A stretch of 64,000 bases of DNA from Zootoca vivipara (Eukaryota), in NCBI RefSeq assembly GCF_963506605.1, contig NC_083292.1, positions 1,364,001 to 1,428,000 of the forward strand. The letters run 5' to 3'. Made by a program: the position numbers and the translations under genes. A model generated the notes under the pieces. That model ran no database searches. It worked only from the letters and a program-made list of their open reading frames with translations, and was not told the DNA's origin. This document shows, piece by piece, positions 38,901 to 50,129 of the stretch. Every line of letters begins with the position of its first letter. Within the stretch, counting starts at the first letter, position 1.

Positions 38901-41900
38901 CATGAGACATCAGCATGTTTGTCTCACTCTTTTTTCCAGTCTTGTGCTTTTATCTCTCCATGGTTACTTTGTTTTAATTATTTTTAAAATGCATGAAATG
39001 TTTTGGTAAATCAAGATTGCACTCTTTAATCAGAAAGGGAATCAGCTGATGAGGGGTGAGGGCAGCCGCCTGCGTCCCTCCAGACTTGCTCAGCTTTACA
39101 ATCTATAGCTTTACTGTCGATTTATGACAGCACAATGGAGCCATCACCAGCTCTTGGCCAGTCTCCCCATCCTCAGGCTCAGGGGCAATTGGGGTGAGGC
39201 AGGACTAGAAGGAGAATATTCTTTTGGTTAGCCTTTGTGGGCCTCCTGCCCAATGATGGCAGCCACAGCAGCCCTGAGGGAAGGGAGAGGGCAAAGCCTC
39301 CCCGTATGGGGAGGGCAAGGAGCCCCGTTCCTTGACACAAATCTGGGGTGGAGTGTTCACTTAGTTTGGACTGCATGAGTCATGGGGGAATGATCCCCAT
39401 GAAGCAGATATTTGAACGATGGTGCGTACTGCCGACAACCTGACAGCTTTTTATTTATCCTCATGGCTTGATAAGAAATGTTTCTGGGGAAGAAGTTTAG
39501 GAAAGCAACAGGCAACTTTGCTCCAAGCATTTGATAGGTCAGATAATAGTGTAGACCAGGCATCCCCAAACTGCGGCCCTCCAGATGTTTTGGACTACAA
39601 TTCCCATCTTCCCCGACCACTGGTCCTGTTAGCTAGGGATCATGGGAGTTGTAGGCCAAAACATCTGGAGGGACGCAGTTTGGGGATGTCTGGTGTAGAG
39701 TAACCCTCCCATCTCCAGCAACAGAAAAGAGATAAAAACAGCATCTCACCTGAGTGGGTGCATTGATGATGGAAACGTTGTACCCATATTGAAAGGTGCC
39801 TCCGATTCCTGCCGCACAAACAGCCAAAAGGAGCGTCCAAGTCGGGAGCTAGAGAAAGAAGCCAGAGACCCTCGTGGTCTGGAGAGTCATGCTACTCGGA
39901 ACAGACTGGAGGCTTCTGTGTAGAAACACTAAGCCTTCCCCCCACAACCTCTGATCCCAAGAGCCTTCCTTCAGAGAATGGGATCTCTCACTTTTGCAGA
40001 TTATAACTGATATCTAAGCAGCCTTTGCCAAGCTCTGCAGATGTTATGGATTAGCACAGTGTTTCTCAACCACTGTTCCGCGGCACACTAGTGTGCCGCG
40101 AGATGTTGCCTGGTGTGCCGTGGGAGAATTACTTTATATATAGTCAATATAGGCACAGAGTTAATTTTTTTAACATTTTCTAATGGTGGTGTGCCTTGTG
40201 ATTTTTTTCATGAAACAAGTGTGCCTTTGCCCAAAAAAGGTTGAGAAACACTGGATTAGCAGTCCTATCAGCCCCAGCCAACCAACATGGCTGTATGATG
40301 CTGAGGCTGATGACAGTGGCAGTCCAAAACATCTGGAGGGCACCAGGTTGGGGAAGGCTTCCCTCAGGCCCAGGGGGCAGGCATTTTATGCCATCCTCCT
40401 CTCCAGCAGAGAGGCTGCAGCAGAGTCATAGCTGCCAAGTTTTCCCTTTTCTCGCAAGGAAGCCTATTCAGCATAAGGGAAAATCCCTTTTAAAAAGGGA
40501 TAACTTGGCAGCTATGAGCAGAGTTGGGCAGGTTGGACTGAGGCTGGACTACCTGTAACACCCACAGTTCTGAACTAAGGGAGAAGCAGATTTGTACTCC
40601 TGCTGGAGTCAGCATAATAAATGTGTACAGATGGTTTATAAACTGAATCAAGCAGTTAATTAAGAAGCATAGCAATGAATTAACAACAAACACAAGTGAC
40701 CACCATTGATTGCATGGCACAGTTTCTGCTCATTGTGCTGCCTCTGCTTCCAGGTGCCCCATCAGCTGTGTTCTTCTCTTCCTCTTGCATTTTAAAGCAG
40801 AGGCAGGATAGCTCAGTCTGTAGGGTATGAGACTCTTAATCTCAGGTTGTGGGTTTCAGTCCCCCATTGGCATGGGCATAGCTAATGGGGGGCAGGGGCA
40901 GCTAACCCCCCCCCCCCGATCAAGTAAAACAATGGAAATAACTAACTGACCAATCATGATGGTTCTGTCCCCCTCTAACAAAAATCCTGGCTACTCCCAT
41001 GCCCATTGGACAAAACATTCCTGCATTGCAGGGGGTTGGGCTAGATGATCCTCATGGTCCCTTCCAACTCTACAATTATATTATTCTAGGACTAAGCTTC
41101 TCCATTCCCCATCTGCCTTGGCTCTTTCCGAGCACTACAAAGGTGCCAGCCTTCCTTTTCCTTAATTCCCAGGGTCAGCACCAACAAACTTCAAATGTTT
41201 GCAGGTTGCTAGAATCCTGGCAAAGCACACAGGACCTGACTAGCTACGGTACTACCTGATCCAACAAGACAATCATTGTGACCTTTAGCAAGAGTTGCAG
41301 AATCAGGATTTCTGAGCACAGCTCACTCTTGCCCATCAGAACTCTCCTCTTTGTGAGTTTGCACTCTTGCTTTGTGAATTTTAAAAAGTGGCTGACAACA
41401 ATTTCTAGCAAAAAAAGGTAAATGAGGAGAGCAGGCAAGTTTGTGGGTGGCTCATGAGGTTTGAGCCTGCTGTAGAACAGTGTTTGCTGAGTGGCCCAAA
41501 TGTTCAAAGCAAGCTTTGCCAGGTGAAACCTCATTTGACCCACAGAACTGCTGCCCTGTTGATGGAGGAATCCTGCTCCACCAGGCAGCAGAGGCAGGAG
41601 CTGTTTGGCATGTGCCCCCACTTGGAAACCTGCCTGTTGGCCTCCCGCCTTGGCCCTCAAGTAGGAATAGCCTCTTTGCCAGGTAATCCCTTGGCATGTG
41701 ACCCAGGCTGATCAAGTCTGGCTTGAGCACAAAGGAATGTGCACACACACAAAAGTACCACCCCAACACCAAAGTGACTCACTCTGGACTTTCTGAATCG
41801 TGAGGAAATAAAAGCCCCAAACTGGAAAACAAGCCCTTTCCCACTGCTCACTATTGTTCTCTGGGGCTGCTGTGTTTCTCGACTGGAACTTTGCCTTTAT

Positions 41901-43802
41901 CCTTGGGGAGAGGGCAAGGTGGAGAGGAATTACTTCCTTGGGACAGAACCGCCAGCACTTCATTGTTCCCCTTTCATCCTGGACTGGGCAGTGGGTGGGC
42001 CTTGGCTTCACCTCAGACAAGGAGATGACTAAGCACTCGAGCAGGGCAGCCACACAAGAGAACCATCCCCATCACTGCTGAGAGCCTCATGACTTCCTGC
42101 TTGTGATGCTGATGTGAATGGATTATCTGAGGAACTAATCACTTGACAGGATGAGGCGCTCTCATTCATTATGCTCTTAGCTTTTTGCATTCCTGCTTTA
42201 TTTCCTCCACTCCTGAAATGCCACACAATTAAACTGACCCACCTTGAGATAAGCAAATGGGGGCTGGGGGCTGGGAGAGGTATCTGTCCAGGGACATGAT
42301 GGATGCTCCATTGCAGTTGGTTAGACTCTTCACCCAAAACAGAGTTCAGTGCGGTCATTTGGGCCATCAGTCTCTTGCCAACAGCAGCAAGTATCAGAGC
42401 TCAACACATGCCTTCACCAAAGCCAAAATGACGATGAAGCAGTAGCTGCAGCCATACACCCCCTGGAAGCCATTCCAGACTCTGACCCCACCCCCATTGA
42501 TTACTTACATAATTAAACTCTGCTTTTATTTCTCTATTATGCACCCTGAGTGCTGCTATCCTGAAAGAGAGGGGACAATTCTCTACACCAGTCACCAATA
42601 TACAAATATTTGCTCAATCACTGAGAGTGGTGTCAAAATCATTGAAGTGCAGTGGGTGGAAAATTGAAATTTAACAAAACAAATCCATCAACTGCCCTGT
42701 ACAAAAGATGCTGTTGACTTTATTTATTTATTTATTTATCTATCAAATTTCTTGCCAGCCTTCATCAACAGGTAGCTGCACAGTTTGCAACAATATTATA
42801 ATCACTGGAAATCATTTACAATCAGAAGAATAGGGTGGGTCCTAAAATATATATTTCACAGGTATCAAAGGCCAGGATGAAGTGGTGCCTCTTCAGCATA
42901 GGATGGGAGTTGAATGACAAAGGTCCCAGGTGCCCCTTCTCTGTGGGGAAGGGGGGATGTCACAGCTTAGGAGCTGACACACCAATGCCACCAGAGCTAT
43001 CAAGAGCACCCCCTCTATCAAACTGAACACCCAAGATATTTGGGGGGTTTTAAGAAGGTAGCTTAATGTTACCTGCAAGCCTCTCTAGAAGAATTTGTAT
43101 CCTAAAAGGCTGGGCAGATAGATAGGCAGGCAGATACTTCTCAAATTCATGCTGCAATTTCCATTATCAGTTGCCTCATGGAAGTATTCACACACCCCAC
43201 CATCTGTTTGTTAGAAGGAATCTCCTGTAAGATCAGGGTATGCAAATCTCACCCTCACTTCAGTTGCCTCTATAACGCACACACATCCCCTCCTGCATTA
43301 TGAGACTCAATACTTCTGCCTTTCCCCTGAAACCCAAGCCCACAGCCTCCTTGTCGCCTGTGACTGTGCAAGCTTGCATACCTTGCTAGGCTGTCCAGCA
43401 CCTTTAAGCAGCGGCTGGTGCTCCATTCTCCACACCAGGCGGGTGGCCTTCTCACCAAGGTGGCTAAGCTACAGCAGAAAGAGGCTGAGAGGTGCCACCG
43501 TTGGGGTGGCAAAGTGCTGTTGCAGCAGACCCCAGAGCCTTCATGCCAAGATACTCCAGACTCAGTTATCCATGGAGTTTTATGGGCTGGGATTCATCAC
43601 AGCCTGCCCTGAAAAGCATTTAAGGGGTCACCCCACAAAGAACTTTTTCACCGACTGTGAACAGTCAATTCGTTTTGGTTGCTCAGGGAAACATGCACAT
43701 TAGTGACCAGTTTGCTATGGGCCCCCATTTGTCCGTGAAGAGAGAGAGAGAGAAGCAGACAGAGAGCTGGGAGGAGACATTTACCTTGTGATTTTCTCTC
43801 AT
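26909..43802 (-). CDS. SLC2A11B: Class II facilitative GLUT-family transporter, SLC2A11-like (probably SLC2A11B), 494 aa; exons 43785-43802, 39750-39848, 36814-36974, 35207-35331, 34324-34453, 34057-34205, 32876-33063, 29747-29857, 29546-29647, 29152-29224, 28237-28364, 26909-27109
   Basis: GT-AG exons totalling 1485 nt with TAA. Sugar-porter motifs [57 protein letters not shown]. Family is secure; the B-paralog name and the 18-nt exon 1 (MRENHK|GTAAAT) are inferred. AATAAA (minus) at 26681-26686. Confidence 0.88.
30593..32573 (-). mobile_element. ~2-kb RT-less L1-like retroposon (copy A) in SLC2A11B intron 7
   Basis: 16-bp TSD TTGTTTGGACACATCT at 30577-30592 and 32574-32589; CpG-rich 5' end starting CTTCCGGTCT; ORF 31166-31876; AATAAA (30613-30618) plus poly(A) tail; no RT or endonuclease motifs. 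Confidence 0.85.
35480..36060. mobile_element. Degraded pogo/Tc1-like non-autonomous element with a GC/CpG-rich interior
   Basis: Subterminal TAAGAC..GTCTTAT and GGCTTATTTCCGGGGTATGTCTTAT motifs resemble the MITE at 54553; termini eroded. Confidence 0.5.
36304..36632 (-). mobile_element. Sauria SINE
   Basis: Colinear with 6658-7016; TSD TCACAGGGTTGTTA at 36290-36303 and 36633-36646. Confidence 0.88.
37741..37990. mobile_element. hAT-Charlie non-autonomous element (OC1/OposCharlie-like), 250 bp
   Basis: Termini CAGGGGTCAGCAAACT / AGTTTGGGGACCTCTG; TSD CTCTAACT / CTCTAGCT; internal CACTGTCCCTCAGACC...CCGGACTATA...AATTCCTATGC. Confidence 0.8.
38344..38569. mobile_element. Tigger-like MITE
   Basis: TIRs CAGTGGTACCTCAGGTTA / TAACCAGAGGTACCACTG, TA TSD. 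Confidence 0.85.
39557..39692. mobile_element. Hairpin hAT MITE, 136 bp
   Basis: TIRs CAGGCATCCCCAAACTGCG / CGCAGTTTGGGGATGTCTG; TSD GTGTAGAC / GTGTAGAG. Confidence 0.88.
40057..40253. mobile_element. hAT MITE nested in an older hairpin MITE (about 40018-40360)
   Basis: Perfect TIRs CAGTGTTTCTCAACC / GGTTGAGAAACACTG and perfect TSD GATTAGCA. Confidence 0.9.
40801..41095 (+). mobile_element. tRNA-derived SINE with CR1-like 3' tail, interrupted by a hAT MITE
   Basis: tRNA-like head GATAGCTCAGTC...GACTCTTAATCTCAGG; tail GGGGGTTGGGCTAGATGATCCTC...CCCTTCCAACTCTAC. Confidence 0.7.
40871..41001. mobile_element. hAT-like MITE inside the SINE
   Basis: Termini CATGGGCATAGC / GCTACTCCCATG; 8-bp TSD CCCATTGG at 40863-40870 and 41002-41009. 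Confidence 0.8.
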
Positions 43803-44571
43803 TCCTCCCTTGGACCTTGAGCTTCTGACGGGACAGTTGGAGTGTGGAGCAATGCGCAGAGCTGGTGCAGCATCAGGGGGCTCTTCTCTCACATCTCAGC
43901 TCTTCCACCTAGAGGCCCATTGAAGCGCCAATGAGAAAGACTGGGCCCCTCACCTGACTGGCTTTCACATGTTGCTGGCTCAAAAAATTAAGCTGGCTTT
44001 GAACTGCAAACTCTGCCTGGGGGGGGGGGGAGGGCTCCCAGCTGAGTGCTGCTTACACAATGCGAGATAAGAGACCTGGAAAGAAATGGGTCTGTCTGAA
44101 TCCCTTGGTGTTTCCAGGCTTCACATGTGCCTGGGAAGAGCAGGTCACAGTCCAGAGCTTTTCAAACTAGCCCCCTTTGGGCAGAATTCTGTTGGAGTTA
44201 CAGCAAAAGCCTCCAGAATATGGAGCTGGCGACACCAAAGTGGACGCAGAAAAAGAACCAAAGGAAAGGATGGCTACAGCCAGCCAGAGACCCAGGTGGA
44301 CAGGCTGGCAAAGGAATGCGGTCACTGGGAGAAGAGGCAGACAAACCCAAGGAGCAGCTTCCCAGGATGCGCAGGGGGTCTAAGGCCAGCAAGAAGAAAA
44401 GAGGATGTCAGTGGAGATAGTCCAGGGAGGGAGGTGAGAGGAGAAACCTGGAGTTTCTGTGGTCCCTCATCTGAGAAACCTCCCCTGCAGATCCCTGCAT
44501 CTCAAGCCCCTGCCAAAGGAACAGGGCAAGACAAAGTCGTTCCTTTCTGACCAGCTAGCAACCCTTTAGGC

Positions 44572-44707
44572 CAGACATAGGCAAACTCAGCCCTCCAGAT
44601 GTTTTGGGACTTCAGCTCCCATCATCCCTGACCACTGGTCCTGTTAGCTAGGGGTGATGGAAGTTGTAGTCCCAAAACATCTGGAGGGCTGTGTTTGCCT
44701 ATGCCTG
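44572..44707. mobile_element. Hairpin hAT MITE, 136 bp, about 770 bp upstream of the SLC2A11B ATG
   Basis: TIRs CAGACATAGGCAAAC / GTTTGCCTATGCCTG; TSD CTTTAGGC / TTTTAGGC. Confidence 0.88.
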
Positions 44708-45700
44708 TTTTAGGCACTCGGGGTAGGGTGTTGTGTGCAGAAAAGCACCCCACCTCTTGGAGTGTAAAGGTATATAAGGCCAAAATAGCCCCTAAATTCC
44801 TCTATGAGTCTATGGCATCCCATTATGGATTGATGCAGTTAGCCAGTTGTTGGAACACATCCAATCCAAATTCTTGCACTAAATCCTGCCAAATTGTGTG
44901 CCACATGCAGCCATGTGTCTGGAAACTGGACAAGAGCTGCTGGAAACCAAAGCGTAGCTCACCACTATAAAGTTCTGACTCCTCCTACATTTCATGTCCA
45001 ATTCCTCCTCTTTAACTTCCCACATGCTGGCAGAATCCCACCACTCGAAACAGCTAGCTTGCATTGAGAGCAAAATCAGAACCTGTGTCCTATCACTCGA
45101 GTCACTGCTTATGTTCCCACAATTGGAAGCATTCCAGACAATCAAGCGCAGAATCCTAGATATTTTATTCCAAACCCTTAGCAGCATAGCCAAGAAAACC
45201 TGTTTCCCATTGGGATTGGGAATTCCACCCTCATTTGGCCAGGGCATTCCATATTTACATCACTTTATGATCCCCACCTAGGCAGAGTTCTTTCTCTTGC
45301 AACATTTAACGTCTTACCATTTGCAGTTTTGCAAGGCAGATTACAAATAAAATAAAAAATACTGCCCTTGTGACACAAAACAAGTTGAATCCATCACACG
45401 CATTTTCTTTAATTGCCCATTTTATGCAAAAATATATGATAAGTAGAAGAAGGGGATTTATCACTCTGACTCTTCCAGCGTGTCTGATCTGCTGAACAAT
45501 TGCGTTGCCCCAGCTTCTTCGGAGGAGAAAAAACTTAAACACTGTTGCAGAGCTCCCCAAAATAGACCAGAGGCAATTGTACTTCATCCAGCAGAGCTTT
45601 ACTGCTACTGAAAGCAAATGAGCAGAATGGTCACAAATCCAGTGCATTCAGTATTGGCACAGTCCATAAAAATCCAGTTGCAGCACTTACAATAAAACTT

Positions 45701-47632
45701 TTTTAAAAAATGTATTAATTTTCAAACAATTCAAAATACAAAATTTGGCAAAAACAAAACATAAAACATAAAGGGAGGGAAGGAAAAGAAAAACATATCA
45801 ATTCTTACATTGAATTAACATTGTGGACTTCCTCGATTCCCCCCACACTGGGTCCAATTTTAAATCTAAATTAAGCAATTTTCCTTTATCATCTTAAATT
45901 ATTTTATCACATTTTTTCCATTCTCTCACAACCAATTTTAATCCAAAACAGAACATCAACTATCCTCAACCTATAAATTCATTAATTAATCCAAATCTAA
46001 AGTTATTTTTCCATCCATCTCTGTTTCTTCCCTTAGCCTCAAAGTTTCTACCCCAAACTTTTAAAAACACATTCAAATATTATTTATTCTATCATAATAA
46101 CCTTTAACCACTTATATCTAATTCTACCCCCCTTCCCCTGGACTCTGGGTCTCCCAGATGCATCAGCCAGCTCCATAAGCCATCAATCAGTCAGAAAATA
46201 ACCCATTTTTACTCCTCATCCCACTCCCACTCTTTCGTTGCCTATCCACCACTCTCCCATCTTTACCTGCTGCCCCCCCCAATTTCTAACTGTAGCACAA
46301 TACCATCCAGCTATGTTTCCACTTTTCAGCCCTATCTCAATTTTTATTCCCTTTAAATTCTAGCCCCGGTATGGATCCTGCCCTCCCTCTCTCACTAGAA
46401 GGATATTATTCCATACTGTTTTTTCTTTGGAGACTCATTGAGTCACACATGTCTTGTTCCCCTCCTCCCACTGGGGAAACAATGGTCCATGTGTCTTCCT
46501 CATCTTTTTAAAATTCAACTATATTGTCCAGGACTGATGGTTGTTCATCTTGCTTCTCCTCAGTCTCCGCTGGGACTGGTCCCTCCTCACTCTCAATGCA
46601 GCTCTTACTTAATATGCCCATCTGTCTATTATTCTGACACAGTTCATCTCTAAATTCCAAAAGCAATTCCAAAAGTTCCTTCAGAAAGTCAGCAAAGTCA
46701 GGCGATGATGTTTTGTCTACTGTCACCCTGCTCATCTCCAATTTCATGGGAACTGCAGAGATTACAGTCAGGAAATTGCGCAGTTTGTATTTCCAAACTT
46801 CAAAAACATACTTTATGTCCGATCTGGTTACAGATTCTCAATTTTTGATTCTTGATCATTCTTAAAAATCTTATGTCCATTCATGAAAAGAGCATTGTCC
46901 AACTTATATATATACAGCCTTATATTTTGACAGTTCTCAGCTTTAAAGAAGTAAATAAACTCCTTCTTATTGTGATGTCATAATGGCAGCTTGCTGATCC
47001 CTCCAGGGACCCCGCTCCAGCTTCTAGGGGGATTTTCTCCAGTCCAAAATGAATATTTTTTTACAGGGATTTTACTGAATTGAACCCTTCTCCCCTTTAC
47101 CCTGCCTTAGGGGGAAGGTTTTAGGTCCAATTTTTAAATAATCAAATCAATCTTTCTGGCTTCAGGCAAATTAACTGTCTCAGAGTCCTCTCAATGGGGG
47201 AGATCGACTTCCTCTTTTTAACCTCCTCCCGTGGCCAATTTTCCCCGAATAAAGTAATTTTTAGAATATCTTTCCTTTACTCACGGTATCCAATGTCTTA
47301 AAATCCTTCTTTTTTTTTTGTTTTTTTTTGAAAAATCCACCGCTCCTCCGCTGCTGGCTCTATGCTTTGCTCTGTGAGGGTAGTGGTATACTCGAAAATG
47401 GATCCCATGACTCTCACTCCGCTCGCTCTCGGAGCTCTTAAAAAAAGCTTACTGGGGGGCAGAGGAGTCACTTTGGGGCACAGCCGAGCTCTCATGCCCC
47501 CAGAAAGCTAAATCTGGGGTTCTTTTGGGGGTCCGCGTTGCTCTTGGGGCTCCCCCCTCTCCCTCAGAGCGCCAGGAACCTCGGAGCTTGAGGATTCCTC
47601 GCCGATCAGCACTGGTGGTAGACCGGAAGTCC
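45701..47632 (-). mobile_element. ~1.9-kb RT-less L1-like retroposon (copy B, divergent relative of copy A)
   Basis: 13-bp TSD TACAATAAAACTT at 45688-45700 and 47633-47645; 5' start GGACTTCCGGTCT; ORF remnant 46508-46747; A-rich 3' end; several colinear blocks shared with 30593-32573. Confidence 0.82.
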
Positions 47633-48206
47633 TACAATAAAACTTGCAATACTTATACTGTAATAAGACTAAACCTTAACACTACAGCATACAGAATACG
47701 TCACACAGGAACAATGAGATAGAAAGTGAGACCCAGGCTCCTCCTGGTCTGACTTTAATAGTCAGCACATCCTTGACAAAAAGATAACAGAACTAGTTTA
47801 AACCAGCTGTACTCAGCTTCCCAGAATAAATAACCCAAAAAGGAACCTTCTGCCTGTTTCTTTCACATAAAAAGAAAACTTTCCAGAACACTCTTGAATT
47901 AAGTAGAACAGGAAAAATCTATACACATCAGATCAACACTTTCTTTAGTAAGAAATGCTGCCTGACAAATTGTAGGAATGACGTTGTAGAGAATGTGGCA
48001 AGATTTTTGAGTGACACCGTGAAATTACGTCACCATAGATCCTAAGAGCCATTTTCATACCTCACAGTGTCTGGACAGCTTTATCCTAAAGTATCTCCTA
48101 CTATGTTCTGTGAACAGTGTTGTGTTCTGATCCATGTATACGATGCCAATATAGGAGACTGATTGATGGTAGTGGAATTTGTTGCACCAGGGCAATGGGG
48201 CACTTT

Positions 48207-48303
48207 CATAGAATCATAGAATCATAGAATCGTAGAGTTGGAAGAGATCACAAGGGCCATCCAGTCCAACCCCCTGCCGAGCAGGAAACACCATCAAAGC
48301 ATT
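48207..48303 (-). mobile_element. CR1 LINE 3'-terminal fragment
   Basis: (ATTCTATG)n tail followed by sequence matching 61313-61392. Confidence 0.85.
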
Positions 48304-49038
48304 CACTTTAATTGCACAAACATAAATTTCCAGTGTGCCTTCAAACCTCTCCCATAAAATACAACTCTGGAGGTGACCAGAGATCTTTAGCTTGACTTTA
48401 ATCCTTTCCCACTGGCTCCCCCCCCCCCCCGGTGAAGGGCTGTTGCTGCTGCTGGCCATTCATACATGACAATTCTGGTATCTGGGATTTAATTGCAGCT
48501 GTTACTGGGGAGAGGTGTGTCATGATCCTTCTAATTTAGGCTTTCATGCCAAAAAGGGAGATGATTTTCTCATGAGTTTGTAAGCATTTTTAAAATTGCT
48601 CTGTTAGTACCAATGTAGATTAAGTCTGTGATCATATCCCTATTGCATGGAGCAGGTTTGCAAGAATGTGATTTAAGAGCTGAGAGAATGTGAGCTATGC
48701 CAGACCTGCAAAACAGCCGAAGGGAGGCGAGAAGAAGTGAAGGCAACCCTGAAGAATAGCTGGGTGGTGTTAGCCTAGTATTTATTTATTTTCTTTATTT
48801 TCTTTTTTGGGGGGGGGAAGAGGGGCGAGGCGAGGGGGCTGTGAAGTTGACTGCAGCAGCAGAGTGGAAAGATATATGGTATTCAGGTGGACAGCAGGTC
48901 TGGTTGCAATCCATCTGTCTTGAGAGACAATGGAGTGTGCCTCCAGGGTGAAGTCAAACCACAAGAGAATCACAGCACCTGCTGTGGCTGCAGAGACCGG
49001 TCACTTGTAACTGTTGCCGTTCTGCATCGTTTTTGCTG

Positions 49039-49730
49039 TGTTAGCAGCACCAAAGTGACCTCTCTGGGCAAGCCTGGGCAGAGTGGGGGGGGGTGTTCCA
49101 TGGGCAACATCCCCGTCTTGGCTTCGCAGGTGTGGGGCCAGTCAAAGGGGGCCAGTCAAAACCGTTTCCCAGGGTGTGGCCACTGCCCCATGCTGCCCAC
49201 TGCTGCAGAGTGTTCTGCAGGCTCAGGTTGAAGAGTAAAACAAAGAACATAGCCAGGATATAGAAGCAAAACAGCTTTATTGTTGCAACGATGACTCCAA
49301 ACTAAAACATAAAAGATGCAGAGAGAAGCCCCGAACAAAGGGTGTCACTCTCTTTTAAAAGTTTTCCTGAATTACCCATAACACCACGTTGAAATCGTCA
49401 CACACATGTCACAAACATGTCATAAACTAGGAGTGGCATCTTGGCTGAAAACTGATGCCTTGCCAATAAGGGATATTTAGCATTCCTGGCACTGGTTAAG
49501 GCAAAAGGTGATACCCGCAATCTCTGACTTCCAGGCCAAGTTCAATATCCCCCTTTGTCTGAGTCTGGAAGGTGAGACTTAGCACCTATCGGGTGTGGGC
49601 AGGGGTGCAGGGAGTATAGTATGTGACCATTCGCCTTGGGGATTATGGCTACCCCAGGCCTGACCTCCCTCCTCTGGTCGCCGTCCTTTCTCTGAGCAAA
49701 ACACCGTTGGAATGATGAAAATCCGTCACA
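49039..49730 (-). mobile_element. Probable ERV solo LTR
   Basis: On minus: TGTGACGG start, TTTTAAAA TATA-like box (about 49353-49360), CTTTGTTCGGGGCT R-like motif, AATAAA (49276-49281), ...GCTAACA end; flanks GCTG / GATG (3 of 4 match). Confidence 0.55.
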
Positions 49731-50129
49731 GATGTGATTTTATATTGAATTTTAAAACTCTTTACTGTAGAAAATACGTAGACCACGGCTCTACTAGGTA
49801 CAAAATAACAAGGCTAGATACAATGTTGCAAGTAAGTTTCACACTTTCACTGACCCAGCAGGGTTCCTCTGCAAGCCTTAGCAGATGCCTGGTTGGACAG
49901 CTACAGCTGCAACTACCTGCGTAGTCCTCGTTAGGGGGCGCTGCCTCGCAAGCAGCTGTCAAAATAACTAATGCCAAGGGATCGCTATATGCTACGTTGA
50001 ACAACCCTTGTCTACAGGCGGGCACTTATACTACTCTTATACAATAAAAGGTTTGAAAATTAAGTCGCTGGTGGGTCAATTTCTTATTTATGTTTCCGAT
50101 TACACCACTTCTAGGAGCCGCAGATGAGA

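Noticed and set aside
40553-40616. Alternative SLC2A11B first exon (MLTPAG...WVLQ|GTAG)
   Set aside because: Phase-compatible, but the donor is weaker and it does not give the W49 numbering; 43785-43802 is preferred, though this is not excluded.
40801-40870. tRNA-Lys-like sequence
   Set aside because: Degenerate cloverleaf followed by a CR1-like tail; it is a SINE head, not a tRNA gene.
43910-44130. CATGTG E-boxes and CAATG/ACAAT SOX-like sites upstream of SLC2A11B
   Set aside because: Short motifs without a full M-box or canonical paired SOXE geometry; not distinguishable from chance without conservation data.
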